DNA from: Candidatus Thorarchaeota archaeon
Lineage (GTDB): Archaea > Asgardarchaeota > Thorarchaeia > Thorarchaeales > Thorarchaeaceae
Assembly (NCBI GenBank): GCA_011364985.1
Contig: RDOC01000005.1
Span: 42,052 to 106,051 of the forward strand
Direction: 5' to 3'
DNA length: 64,000 nt
Made by a program: the position numbers and the translations under genes. Shown here piece after piece: positions 19,714 through 30,498 of this stretch. The notes under the pieces were generated by a model. The model ran no database searches and was not told the origin of the DNA. It saw nothing but the letters and a program-made list of their open reading frames with translations. Positions within the stretch are counted from its first letter, which is position 1; every line of letters starts with the position of its first letter.

Positions 19714-21102
19714 TCACTTTGACTTTGTATCGATTAGTAATGATTGAATATTACGCATGAAAAAGAAGAGATCCATCATCTCATTCTCCTTAACTTTCAT
19801 CCTTGGGTTTGAGGATATCTCTTCTATTCTCCTGATGGCCCGAAAGAACTCCTCTTGCTTCATCTTTGAGTCCTTATATTGTATGAGCTCCCAGAGCTTT
19901 TGGATGCTAAACTCCGTCCATCGGTTTTTCCGAGTAAGGTCTCTTCTTAGTCGTCTGTAAAGCATCTTGACAACCCGACCATAGTTACCCTCTTTTCTGT
20001 AATAGACCATCCGTTCGCTGAAGTAGGTCTGACCACGTCGCAGGAATACTTCTGACACACTCTTTACCTCAGGCTTCTTAGGGTCAGGAAGATACTTGCG
20101 AATACCCAACACTGTGCTTAGAGGATAGAGAGGGGCTAGCAAAGGAATGGCTGACAGCCATAATGCTCTCCCAAGATAAAGACCAAAGATGAACTCTGGG
20201 GAGTTCCATGGAACAGCAAGGAGATTCTCGCTAAATGCGATTGTGTAGTTTCTCTGACCCTGGGATAACCAGTTGATAATGTTTGAACCGAATCTTTGGT
20301 TGTCAGGAAAGCGATCCCACATGTCATTGGTGAATACACTGGGATCGCTTAGAGCTACTAATCTACCGCCGCCTGGGATGAATGTGGAGAAATCAATTGC
20401 TCCAACAACTGGTAGTACACCCGCCATTGTATCGTTTTTGGGCCAAGGATATTTGTCAGTAACATTGACTTCAACCCATGCTCGATTAGTTGTCCATGCT
20501 ATTCCAAGATTTCCGAGGAGAGAATATGGGTTGAGTGTCGATGCCCAATTCAGATGGAGTTCGCTAATCCCTTGAGTTATAGGATGAGGCACAAAGCTTT
20601 TGATTACTGGAAGCCGTGGGTCCTTGTCATAAGAATCTATATCCAGAAGAACTCCTTCGGTGAAGGTTAGTAAACCGGTGAAGTTCGTTCCAGTAATTGG
20701 TGAGGAAATATCTCTGAAGAGAAAATCATTGAATAAGCCCAAGGAATCGTTGGCAGTCCCAAAATCATCAGCTATGAGCACACCGCCGCCTGTTGATAGA
20801 TGCTGGAATATCACAAGTACCATGTCCGTAGAGAAGTCTATGACCGGACCAGCAATGACTAGCACTGCAGACCCTTGGTATCTGCCAAGGACACTCATGG
20901 AGGACTGGATGGACTTAACATCATAACCGGACTCATTGATGGCCGTGCTAAACTCGCTGTATCCGTTCCATCCTTCATTGTATATACTGAAATCATGTGT
21001 ATACACCTCCGTAATTCCTACAACAGTGGTGCCAGCAAGGAGACCTATCGGAGCCCAGCTTAGAATAAATAGAATCACTTGAACTGTTTCTTTCCAGCCC
21101 AT
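19714..21102 (-). CDS. DUF4350 (GATase-like) membrane-anchored protein
   Basis: FSIYNEGWNGYS, GGGVLIADDFGTAN, GRLVALSDPSVFTN motifs. Confidence 0.85.
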   Translation of the reverse strand: MGWKETVQVILFILSWAPIGLLAGTTVVGITEVYTHDFSIYNEGWNGYSEFSTAINESGYDVKSIQSSMSVLGRYQGSAVLVIAGPVIDFSTDMVLVIFQHLSTGGGVLIADDFGTANDSLGLFNDFLFRDISSPITGTNFTGLLTFTEGVLLDIDSYDKDPRLPVIKSFVPHPITQGISELHLNWASTLNPYSLLGNLGIAWTTNRAWVEVNVTDKYPWPKNDTMAGVLPVVGAIDFSTFIPGGGRLVALSDPSVFTNDMWDRFPDNQRFGSNIINWLSQGQRNYTIAFSENLLAVPWNSPEFIFGLYLGRALWLSAIPLLAPLYPLSTVLGIRKYLPDPKKPEVKSVSEVFLRRGQTYFSERMVYYRKEGNYGRVVKMLYRRLRRDLTRKNRWTEFSIQKLWELIQYKDSKMKQEEFFRAIRRIEEISSNPRMKVKENEMMDLFFFMRNIQSLLIDTKSK

Positions 21103-21116
21103 TAGTCACACCTTTC

Positions 21117-21503
21117 TTACGCCGACAGCGTTTTACCTTCTATTCTTGGATACAAATCACTGAAAGTCTTGATGACCACTTCATAGCGTTCCCGTGATAT
21201 CACGTGGTTGGAGAAACGAGCCTCCAAATAGATGTCAACAAACTCGTCTACGATTACGCTATCAAGAAGCAATGATTTCGAAACACGATCCAAGAATTCG
21301 TGCGCAGTTTCAGAGTGCATCCTTTCAGTTCCTGTCTTCCGACCGCACATCTGTTCAAAAGTGCGATAGGCAAGCGTTATCGCTGCATCATATTTGCCAG
21401 CATCAGCCAGCTTCTTGATGTTCCTAAGCTTTGAAGGAATGTCCACACTCTCCTCTCTCGGCGTCCGAGAGAATCTGCCTCTGAGGGAGTCCATTAAGCC
21501 CAT
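21117..21503 (-). CDS. Stand-alone DUF4129-like protein
   Basis: SETAHEF...YLEARFSNH; close paralog of the giant protein's C-terminal domain. Confidence 0.85.
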   Translation of the reverse strand: MGLMDSLRGRFSRTPREESVDIPSKLRNIKKLADAGKYDAAITLAYRTFEQMCGRKTGTERMHSETAHEFLDRVSKSLLLDSVIVDEFVDIYLEARFSNHVISRERYEVVIKTFSDLYPRIEGKTLSA

Positions 21504-21514
21504 ATCATCACCTT

Positions 21515-24500
21515 CTATTCTGTAATTACAACAACCGCCTCGATTCGTGGATAGAGGTCGGTAAGAACACGCATCGTGTTTTCGTAGCGCGAACGCGAAA
21601 CCTCATGGTCCGAGAAGCGCGCCTCTTCGTAGGCTTCAAGCAACTCGCTAACAGAAGCAAGGTCCAGCGGGATTTGCTCCAACGTACGAGTCACAAAATC
21701 CCGAGCTGTCTCAGAAAGACGGCGCTCGGAGCCTATCTTAGTGCCGCATAACGCCTCAAAGGTATGGTACGCGAGATTTATCGCGGCACTGAATTTGCCA
21801 GCATCTGCGAGTTTCTTGATGTTACGCAGGCGCTGCGATATACTCCCATCTTCAAGACTTGACTTACCCCTTCCATATCCTTTCATGAAGTAAATGTAGA
21901 TAAAAATGACAACTATCGCAGCACCAAGAAGTGCGAAAGGAACGAGGAAGTCAAGTGTATCGAGAAAGCCACCTTCAGGCTCTCTAATCTGAACCGTGAA
22001 TTCTATTGATGAGATGTTCTCGACATACTGTGAGAGTAATGTGACAGAGAATGTAAAGTCTGCCGGGTTTTGAATCGCGGCAACAGGGAATGTGGCAATG
22101 CCTGAGGTGTCCGTCTGCCGAATTACGGTATCTGTTCCGTTTAGATTGAATTCAACTCTCCGGTTAGCAATAGCTATACCTTGGTCATCGGTTAGTTCTG
22201 CAGAAACGGTGAACTCCAGACCAGGGCTGACTCGTCGAGGAGTTCTTCCGAAATCAAACACAACCTGACAGAAAATGTGCATCGAATCAGGCGTTTCCGC
22301 AGTCGTACCTCTGAGATACAGTTCGGTGTCGCCATCATATTCAACACTTACTACATATCGACCGCTTGCTGCCCAAGAAAGTGGTACTGTTATTTCAACA
22401 TCAGCCCAGTCAGCTGCTGCCATTAGGAGAGTCAGGAGAAAAGTATCATTCAGGTAAACATCCAACTCAGCATCATGAATGGCGTGGCCATCTGCGTCCT
22501 GCAATCGAAGAACTAGCGTGAAGTTCTCGCCGGGTTGGATCTCAACACTTCGTGGAAAGCTCACGAATAGTACTGTGTCAATACTCACTGTAATGAACCA
22601 AGGAGTTGGGACCCCTGAACGCTCAAAGAAGCTACCAGCTGGCACATCGATTGTAATATTGTAGGAACCAGGAGCTGCATCATCAGGGACAAGCAAATCA
22701 ACACTGAAGCGCCCATCAGTCCCGGTAACGATTGAGTCAATTGGATTGCCATTCTCAAGGATATTGATTGAAACAGTATGAGCCGGAAATCCTCCATGCC
22801 ATACGATACCAGATATTGTGATAGTATCTCCACGGTCGGCCATAAAGATAGTCTGAGTGTCGAGCTCAAGTGCAACAAGATCCCAAACTTCTATATCAGC
22901 AGGAGGAGTCGCTGCTTCCTCAAATGCCAGACTTGGCCGGACAAATACTACATAGTACTGGCTGATTCCAACAGGATGACTCCAGTCAATGGCGTGTACA
23001 TGAGAGAAATTGCCTGAAACAGTATCAACAATAGTAATTGTCTGGAGGATTGTGTCAGTTCCATTGTCCCAATGAATTTCTACATCATAACCGACCATGG
23101 GTGTTCCATCATCAAACTGAAGCGTTCCTGAAATGATGACGGAGCCACCTCGGTAGACCATGCTTGTATCAACATCCGCAGTAAGATTCACAACATATTG
23201 CATGATATCAACATCAATGGATGTAGCCGTGTTCCCACTGATCCAGTGAATAAGAGGCGTGTATCTCGCGGAAACCGAATGAGTGCTCGGAGTTGTTGAT
23301 TCTGGAATTTGCCATGTGATAGAGAAAGACCCATCAGCCGAAGTAATACCATAAGCAACTGGAGAGCCATCAAAGAGAAGCTCTATTGTACCACTGGCGA
23401 CAGGTGCCAAATTGATTGAGTATAAAAGTGAACCCGATATAGAAAGCGTCTGTAGGATGTAATAGCTTGTGGACCCTACCGAGAATCCATTGATTTCTGT
23501 CTGCCATTGTAGCAGGGTTAGAGAGTCATGAACAGACTCGGTTGAGTCTAGAGTAAGATTGCCTGCATATCGCCCGTAGATTTCAATACCTGTGCGCAGG
23601 GTATCATAATCCATTTCTGAGTAGTAAAACGTGAATTCACCGGTTGTGTTGGTAACCACTGTGTCAAGTGGCCACTCGGTCCCATTATACCAGAAGAGGT
23701 CAACGAAGACACCATCAATAGGCAAGCCACCAATTGTGTAGTATAGGTGAATGTGGATTGCCAAGGTTTCGTTTTGATATACTGGGTTCGGATTGGCTGC
23801 GACAACTAGAGTCACTGCGTACCTCTGAGCAACCACTGGAAGTGCGCTAGTCGTTGCGTTAGCGTTCAAAGGATCAGTACTTGTGTAGTTGCACTTGAAG
23901 TAGTAGGTGCCCTCAGTGTCCCCCGGCACTGTGAAGAAGTGTGTGTGGTAGAAATAACCTGTACCGTCAGTAGATGGACTTGCAATGAGTGCCCATTGGC
24001 CGGTTGCAGACGAAGCGATATATACATTGACCGTTTCGCTAGATAACGGGGGAGAGCCACCTAAGAAGGTCAAAAAACCATCGATTAACACTCCTTGGTC
24101 GAGATATACAGCGGACGGAACAGATGCATTGATTTCCAATGTATATAGAACTACATTGGCCTGTTGAGTTCCAGAAGTTGCATTCTCCCAGAGCGAGTTT
24201 GACGCTGTATATTCGGTCCATACGTAGATGGCACCCAAAGCGTCAGTCAATGTAAAATCGTATTGAGAATTGAAGACCCCAAAACCATTTGTCATCGCAT
24301 AGTCAACAAGCTCAGTCCCGTTCTGCCAATAGTAGTGAACGGCAATCGTGGCTCCTGGAATAGGATTCCCGTTAAGCTGGAAGGATAGAGTTCCTGAAAC
24401 AGAGAGGGTTTCATTCAAGTGATATTCGGCACTAATAGGATTCACAGTGAGATTGAGCTGATACAACTGAAGAGTGAGGGAAGGAACCAATGTGGCGGAA

Positions 24501-27500
24501 GCGTTGCTATATGCATGACTTGGAGAGGTGAAGTTGACATAGACATTTACAGTATCAGGACCATCTGTGAGAGAGAGAGGATAGTAGAAGGTATAGTAGC
24601 CGGAGACATTTGTGACACTGGTGAAGACTAGTGTGTGCGTGCTATTCCGCCAATAAATGTAGATTGTCTGAGATGAAAGAGGTTCTGTTGAATTGAGTAG
24701 TCTGCCATATATGTAGGCGGTTTCGTTCAGATGGTAGATTGAGCTGCCTGAATAGACTGTGAGTGTTGTGGGGTGGGAATCAACAACCGGGTAGAGATGA
24801 TTGGACTCTGCATCCCTCACATTGGCGGAGGAGATCGAACAGTTGGCAAAAAGTGTGGCATTACCATGTTCGTGATTCAATGGCACTTCAAAGTAGCAAA
24901 GATATCCACCTGTGACATTTGTTGTAATAGATTGGATTTTGTAGATTCCTGTGGAGTTGTGCCACCAGATATCTACGGTCTCACCTGCTAATGGGAGCGG
25001 AGCTGGCTGCCATTCTGGTAGAAAGAGGTTTCCCTGGATAGTAAAAGTTCCCAAGACATAGACAGGATCCGGATCTGCCTGAATTGTTAGCGTTGAATCC
25101 CATAATTTGACTTTGATGCTTCGCCCTGTTGATTTTTTATCCTCATAGACAGTATCAGGAGAGGTATAGTTACTCCAATAGGAAACTAAGCCCTCGTAGC
25201 CAAGGGGTACATTATAGACGAACTCGTAGTAGCCACCCACCACCGTGGCATTGGAACCGATGTTAATCAAGGTAAGTCCGTTATCCCACCAGATATCCAC
25301 TGTTCTACCCATGAGCCCAGTACCATTGACTCCATCTGTGAGCCAGCCATAAATTATGATGTCATCGAGAAGATGAACTGGGTCTGGATACTCGGGGATT
25401 GAAAACATTGTCAGGTCAACTGGCCGCATACCAATAGTGACATTCAGGGCTTCTGAGCAATCAGAGATTCCTGAAACAGTTGATAGCCATGTTACATTTG
25501 CTTCCACCTGTCCAAGGGGATAGCTGCTTGGAACGAGATAATCAAACTCGAAGTGAGCAGTGGAGTTGGTGATCCTTGAACCAAGATGACTATTATTTAG
25601 GTACAAGTTGACTGATTCAAAGGGCAATGGTGTGCCATTCATCAGCTCAAGGTAGCCCTCATAATGAAGCATCGCCCCCCGATAGGCAGGAGTGGGGGAT
25701 ATATACAGGTTAAGCAAAGCTAATCCAATGATCGTGACTGTTGAGTTCTCCTCTGAGCGATTAGGGAAGTACTTGTAGAAACCAGTATCAGGGTCTATTT
25801 CACCGCCATAGTACGACCAGACCTCATGAGGGCCTGGTGACATCAAAACCGCATCGAAGGGATCAACATATGCGTCATAAGAATAGGTGCCATTAAATTG
25901 GATTGTTGCATTTCCGAGATTAACACCATCCCAAATTATCTCCATCTGGTCATTAATGAGGGTCGTACCATCTATCGGCTGTCCTTGGCTATCGGTCATT
26001 CTCCCGTGCACACGTACTGTATCGTTCCAATGCACAGTATAATTGTCAAGACCAAGTCGGATGTCTAACTCAATTATCTCAGCTTGCGTTTGAATTGGCT
26101 CACTAGGCGCACTGACCATCATGGGATTTGGACTATCCACGGCAGACACGTACGTATAGTTCATCACCGTAAATGTCGAGAGACTCCAAGTTGCGGATAT
26201 GTTATGAACTCCCAGAGTGGATCCGGATGGAAAAGCATAGGTGAAGGTGGCAAATCCCGACGCGTCAATTGTTTTACTCCCAATATAGACTCCCTCGTCA
26301 TAGAAGTTGATTATTTCAGGAGTTGTTACCTGCTGGAAATCAATGAAAAGCGTAGCAACAAGATCGAAGGGATCTCCAATTAGTGCCCAAGGTTCAGCTA
26401 GCAGAGGTGCAATCAGCAGCTCAGCATTCTGGGCACCCGTGTTCTCAGGGATTTCTCCACCGCCTAACTCACCCGGCAGAGGAATAGGAATGACCTGAAT
26501 CCATTCGCCTCCTTCGGAATGACCTAACATTGGTATAAAGACCTCTGCCCAGAACATCATGTGTCGCACTTGGATGGCACGATATCCACCCATGGCTGTA
26601 CCTACGGAATAACCAAGAGCAGGTCTTGCTGGAACTCCCAAGTATCTCATGAACACGCAATAGGCAGTGACGAAATCCATGGGAAGGCCGCCGCCCCGCT
26701 CCAGAAACCAGTCGGTCACTTCTTGATCTGAGGAGGGGCGATCATTGTAGTTCTCAATCATAAGCTCGAAGGTGGTTCTGAAGTAAGATTCCACATCAAA
26801 TGCAAGCTCATAGGCGTTTCCCGTGCCAACGAAAGGGGTGATATTCTGTCGAACACTGTCGCTTAAGGGGAGAACAGCAGAAAGGTCCGTGAAGAATGGA
26901 GAAACGGAAGGGGGTGCGAGAAACCCATCAAGAGCACGATTTGCGACTTCTAATAGATCTTGAACGCTGTAGGTTACTTCATAGCTAACGATTATTGTGC
27001 TGTTTGGCACACCCTCTATGAGGGGGCTAAAGAGAACAGAACCATAGTCATCATATTCTAGATCGTAGCTAATGAGGCGAGAGGGGTCATGTGATATATA
27101 CGAACCATCAAGGAACTCGCCTGTTTCGAAAGAGTCCTCGATAATGAATATTTCAGGGAACAGTGTAGGAAGTTCTATGCTACCGACACCAGGTCCTGCT
27201 GTCACGTTTAGATAAACACGGTAGACAGTAGTATTGAGAGCTTGGGCTTCAGTATCTGTTATCAGAATCTGGTCAAGTGTGGTGTAGAGAGAAAAAGAGG
27301 TTTTTGACCAACCTGAACCGTCATAAGAATCGTATGACGTGCTTCTCCAGAGCTGGGGTGGATCTTCAGGAGAAACAAAGAAGACGGTGCCATTTAACTG
27401 ATTCAACAGGTCCTCAGGTAGGAAATCATTCAAGTTAAAATTAGTGTAGTTGACATTTTGGAACCAATTTGTACGACCACCAGTCCAATTGATGTTATAA

Positions 27501-27883
27501 GGCCAATTGATCACTTCGTCGTACTCATAGTGTGGATTGTACTGGCGTACTTGATTAAACTGAACAAGGAGGAAAGTATAGCTGCCCCAGACAATCATTG
27601 CAACTAGAACAAGGGAGCTAATGATTGTCATAGCGCCCATCTTTCGACGGTCGCTGGTTATTGCGGCACACAATGGTCTAAACCTCGTAAGTAGAGCCCC
27701 TCCCTTGACATACGAGAGAGTCTCATCGAAGATGGTGACTTCCTTGCCTTGATTCGTCCATGTCAAGCAATTAAAGGATTTCTCAGACCTGCTGTCTCTC
27801 TCATAAATCGAAAGGGTAGAAATCGTTTCATCACCGGAGATAGGATGACCGAGTCGATGAAAGCATACTTTGGGACCATACAA
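21515..27883 (-). CDS. Giant membrane-anchored surface protein: transglutaminase-like domain + ~14 Ig-like repeats + TM + DUF4129
   Basis: LWRSTSYDSYDGSGW (TgpA/DUF3488-like) and LGVPARPALGY...WAEV (TGase fold). ~100-aa beta-rich repeats, many N-x-S/T sequons, C-terminal TM. True start is probably near 27640-27700. Confidence 0.88.
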   Translation of the reverse strand: MYGPKVCFHRLGHPISGDETISTLSIYERDSRSEKSFNCLTWTNQGKEVTIFDETLSYVKGGALLTRFRPLCAAITSDRRKMGAMTIISSLVLVAMIVWGSYTFLLVQFNQVRQYNPHYEYDEVINWPYNINWTGGRTNWFQNVNYTNFNLNDFLPEDLLNQLNGTVFFVSPEDPPQLWRSTSYDSYDGSGWSKTSFSLYTTLDQILITDTEAQALNTTVYRVYLNVTAGPGVGSIELPTLFPEIFIIEDSFETGEFLDGSYISHDPSRLISYDLEYDDYGSVLFSPLIEGVPNSTIIVSYEVTYSVQDLLEVANRALDGFLAPPSVSPFFTDLSAVLPLSDSVRQNITPFVGTGNAYELAFDVESYFRTTFELMIENYNDRPSSDQEVTDWFLERGGGLPMDFVTAYCVFMRYLGVPARPALGYSVGTAMGGYRAIQVRHMMFWAEVFIPMLGHSEGGEWIQVIPIPLPGELGGGEIPENTGAQNAELLIAPLLAEPWALIGDPFDLVATLFIDFQQVTTPEIINFYDEGVYIGSKTIDASGFATFTYAFPSGSTLGVHNISATWSLSTFTVMNYTYVSAVDSPNPMMVSAPSEPIQTQAEIIELDIRLGLDNYTVHWNDTVRVHGRMTDSQGQPIDGTTLINDQMEIIWDGVNLGNATIQFNGTYSYDAYVDPFDAVLMSPGPHEVWSYYGGEIDPDTGFYKYFPNRSEENSTVTIIGLALLNLYISPTPAYRGAMLHYEGYLELMNGTPLPFESVNLYLNNSHLGSRITNSTAHFEFDYLVPSSYPLGQVEANVTWLSTVSGISDCSEALNVTIGMRPVDLTMFSIPEYPDPVHLLDDIIIYGWLTDGVNGTGLMGRTVDIWWDNGLTLINIGSNATVVGGYYEFVYNVPLGYEGLVSYWSNYTSPDTVYEDKKSTGRSIKVKLWDSTLTIQADPDPVYVLGTFTIQGNLFLPEWQPAPLPLAGETVDIWWHNSTGIYKIQSITTNVTGGYLCYFEVPLNHEHGNATLFANCSISSANVRDAESNHLYPVVDSHPTTLTVYSGSSIYHLNETAYIYGRLLNSTEPLSSQTIYIYWRNSTHTLVFTSVTNVSGYYTFYYPLSLTDGPDTVNVYVNFTSPSHAYSNASATLVPSLTLQLYQLNLTVNPISAEYHLNETLSVSGTLSFQLNGNPIPGATIAVHYYWQNGTELVDYAMTNGFGVFNSQYDFTLTDALGAIYVWTEYTASNSLWENATSGTQQANVVLYTLEINASVPSAVYLDQGVLIDGFLTFLGGSPPLSSETVNVYIASSATGQWALIASPSTDGTGYFYHTHFFTVPGDTEGTYYFKCNYTSTDPLNANATTSALPVVAQRYAVTLVVAANPNPVYQNETLAIHIHLYYTIGGLPIDGVFVDLFWYNGTEWPLDTVVTNTTGEFTFYYSEMDYDTLRTGIEIYGRYAGNLTLDSTESVHDSLTLLQWQTEINGFSVGSTSYYILQTLSISGSLLYSINLAPVASGTIELLFDGSPVAYGITSADGSFSITWQIPESTTPSTHSVSARYTPLIHWISGNTATSIDVDIMQYVVNLTADVDTSMVYRGGSVIISGTLQFDDGTPMVGYDVEIHWDNGTDTILQTITIVDTVSGNFSHVHAIDWSHPVGISQYYVVFVRPSLAFEEAATPPADIEVWDLVALELDTQTIFMADRGDTITISGIVWHGGFPAHTVSINILENGNPIDSIVTGTDGRFSVDLLVPDDAAPGSYNITIDVPAGSFFERSGVPTPWFITVSIDTVLFVSFPRSVEIQPGENFTLVLRLQDADGHAIHDAELDVYLNDTFLLTLLMAAADWADVEITVPLSWAASGRYVVSVEYDGDTELYLRGTTAETPDSMHIFCQVVFDFGRTPRRVSPGLEFTVSAELTDDQGIAIANRRVEFNLNGTDTVIRQTDTSGIATFPVAAIQNPADFTFSVTLLSQYVENISSIEFTVQIREPEGGFLDTLDFLVPFALLGAAIVVIFIYIYFMKGYGRGKSSLEDGSISQRLRNIKKLADAGKFSAAINLAYHTFEALCGTKIGSERRLSETARDFVTRTLEQIPLDLASVSELLEAYEEARFSDHEVSRSRYENTMRVLTDLYPRIEAVVVITE

Positions 27884-27943
27884 CTTCTTCGGTAAAACTA
27901 ATACTGTACCATGTTCTCAATATAAGGAAAAAGAGGCCCTGTA

Positions 27944-29479
27944 ATGCAACTCAAGGATTGGTCATGGATAGGTGATTGGACTGAAAGAAGAGCATTGCTG
28001 ACTCCAAAAAGAGTGGCAATACTCGACAATATTCAGCATAAGAAATATACATTCGAAGAAATGAATAAACGGGCGAATCAAGCAGCGAGAGTGCTACTTG
28101 ACTCAGAGGTACGAAAGGGAGATCGCGTGGGAGTCTATTCAAAGAATAGGTTCGACTTTCTTGACATCCTGTTTGCTTGCGGCAAGATAGGAGCCATCCT
28201 GACTCCATTCAACGTTCGACTTACCAAAACCGAGATTGAATATCTTCTAAAGAAAACGGGCCCTTCCATGCTATTTTACGATCCCAATTTGGAAAGGCAG
28301 TTTGGGGAGCTCCGCCCTCTATTCGAAAAGGAGCGTATAGTGGTTATGGGTAACAAGACAGTTGATGGCGATCCGGATATTTACTCACTCATGACCAAAA
28401 GAGCTGCTGGTACAGTGGAACACCCAACAATCACAATGAACGACCCATACTTGATTGTCTTCACTGGAGGAACTACAGGATTGCCCAAAGGAGCGGTTCT
28501 ATCACACGGTCTGGTGTTTTGGAACTCCGTTAACACGATTGTATCATGGGGACTACAAGCGGATGATATACAGCCATTGCTCTACCCCCTCTTTCATACA
28601 GGAGGGATCAATGTGCTGCTCATACCATTCTATCATCTTGGAGCATTGAGTATCATCATGGGAGACTTTGACCCTGAAGAAACATTACGAGTAATCGAGA
28701 AGGAAAAATGCACAATCGTGATTGGTGTCCCCACTATGTACAACATGATGTCACAATCGCCAAGTTTCAAGCAGACAAGCTTTGAGCATGTACGAATACT
28801 GATGAGTGGAGGGGCTCCATGTCCTGTTGCGATAATGGAGAAATACTGGGAGCGTGGCAAAATTCTGAAAATGGGGTACGGACTCACCGAAGTGGGACCT
28901 AACAACTTCTGCTTGCCCGAAGAAGCCGTTAAGGAAAGACCCACATCAGTGGGTTTTCCCGTTTTCCATTGCGATATGACGATAGTTGATGATGATAATA
29001 ATGCGGTTGAAGACGGAGAGGTAGGTGAGTTATTGCTGAGAGGACCACATACATTCAGTGAATACTGGGAAGAACCTGAAGAAACAGCCAAAGTGATAGA
29101 AAAGAATGGATGGGTTCACACTGGAGACCTAGCGATTCGAGACAAAGAGGGGTTCTACTATATTGTCGGTCGCAAGAAAGACATGTTCATCAGTGGCGGC
29201 GAAAATATCTTCCCAACAGAAATCGAAGAGATACTTTTCAAACACGCCAAGGTTTCGGAAGCAGCAGTAATAGGAGTTCCCGACGATAAATGGGGCGAAG
29301 TTGGGAAAGCATTCATTGTATTAAGAAGCGGTGAGTCAATGACAGAAGATGAAATTCGGAAGTACTTGGATGGAAAGATAGCACGATATAAGACACCCAA
29401 GTACTACGAGTTTCGCGAAGACTTACCGAAGAGTGCTGCTGGCAAGATTCTGAAAAGGGAATTGGAGGGGAAGTCATGA
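27944..29479 (+). CDS. Long-chain acyl-CoA synthetase (AMP-binding)
   Basis: FTGGTTGLPKG, GYGLTE, HTGDL, GRKKDMFISGGENIFP, GKILK. Confidence 0.95.
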   Translation: MQLKDWSWIGDWTERRALLTPKRVAILDNIQHKKYTFEEMNKRANQAARVLLDSEVRKGDRVGVYSKNRFDFLDILFACGKIGAILTPFNVRLTKTEIEYLLKKTGPSMLFYDPNLERQFGELRPLFEKERIVVMGNKTVDGDPDIYSLMTKRAAGTVEHPTITMNDPYLIVFTGGTTGLPKGAVLSHGLVFWNSVNTIVSWGLQADDIQPLLYPLFHTGGINVLLIPFYHLGALSIIMGDFDPEETLRVIEKEKCTIVIGVPTMYNMMSQSPSFKQTSFEHVRILMSGGAPCPVAIMEKYWERGKILKMGYGLTEVGPNNFCLPEEAVKERPTSVGFPVFHCDMTIVDDDNNAVEDGEVGELLLRGPHTFSEYWEEPEETAKVIEKNGWVHTGDLAIRDKEGFYYIVGRKKDMFISGGENIFPTEIEEILFKHAKVSEAAVIGVPDDKWGEVGKAFIVLRSGESMTEDEIRKYLDGKIARYKTPKYYEFREDLPKSAAGKILKRELEGKS

Positions 29480-30498
29480 CACTGATTGGAATAGAAGCAA
29501 TTGGAACCTACATACCTTCAGAGAGACACACAGCTGAGTATATCTCTGAGCAGTCTGGAACTCCTGTGAATATCATTAAGACAAAGATGGGAATGTTAAG
29601 TAAATCAGTACCTGGGCCTGATGACCACACTGTAGCTATGGGAGTAAAAGCGGCAAAAATCGCAGTTGAGAGAGCTGGTATTGATCCGACTACGGATATT
29701 GACCTAGTGATTTGGGCTGGAGAAGTGTATGCGGAGCACCCGATGCAAACCTATGCAATCAAGTTTCAGAACGAAGTCGGAGCCGAAAAGGCGTGGGCCT
29801 TCGATGTCAATCAACGATGCGGCACTGTTGTAGTGGCAATGATTCTCGCGAAGTCCTTGATGCAAACACAGGGATACAAGCGTGTGTTGATTGGTAGTGG
29901 ATATAGAAACTGTGACCTAATCGACTACTCGAATGTTCGTACAAGATTCATGTATGACTTGGCAGCAAGTGGCGTTGCCATGATTCTTCGAAATGATTAC
30001 CCGCAGAATGTAGTTCTTGAGGGTAGTGTCATCTCAGATGGCAGATTCTCAGAGGATGTATACGTTCCCGCGGGTGGAACTGTCATGCCGATTTCATGTG
30101 AAGCAATAGAGAGAAAATTACAGTACCTTGACGTAACTGATCCAGTGAGACTAAAAGAGCGACTAGATGAACTCTCGATGACCAATTTCCTCAAAGTGAT
30201 AGACGACTCCCTAGAGAGAAGCGGTTTCAAGAGAGAGAATATTGACTATCTTGGTCTTATTAGGATGAAAAGAAGTGCGTTTGAATATGTGGCGAACGAA
30301 CTTGGGGTTCATCCCTATCATCAGTCCACCTACTTTGAGGAATGGGGCCATATGGGCCAGAACGACTCAATTATCTCTCTTGAAGAAGGTCTGAAGAGTG
30401 GTAAGATAAGAGGTGGGGATGTTGTTGTGCTCACTGCCGCAGGAATTGGCTGGTCATGGAATGCTATGACAATAAGATGGGGAACTATGGGAGAATGA
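29476..30498 (+). CDS. 3-oxoacyl-ACP synthase III (FabH)-like condensing enzyme
   Basis: AFDVNQRC (catalytic Cys), WGHMGQND, AAGIGWSW. Confidence 0.88.
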   Translation: MTLIGIEAIGTYIPSERHTAEYISEQSGTPVNIIKTKMGMLSKSVPGPDDHTVAMGVKAAKIAVERAGIDPTTDIDLVIWAGEVYAEHPMQTYAIKFQNEVGAEKAWAFDVNQRCGTVVVAMILAKSLMQTQGYKRVLIGSGYRNCDLIDYSNVRTRFMYDLAASGVAMILRNDYPQNVVLEGSVISDGRFSEDVYVPAGGTVMPISCEAIERKLQYLDVTDPVRLKERLDELSMTNFLKVIDDSLERSGFKRENIDYLGLIRMKRSAFEYVANELGVHPYHQSTYFEEWGHMGQNDSIISLEEGLKSGKIRGGDVVVLTAAGIGWSWNAMTIRWGTMGE

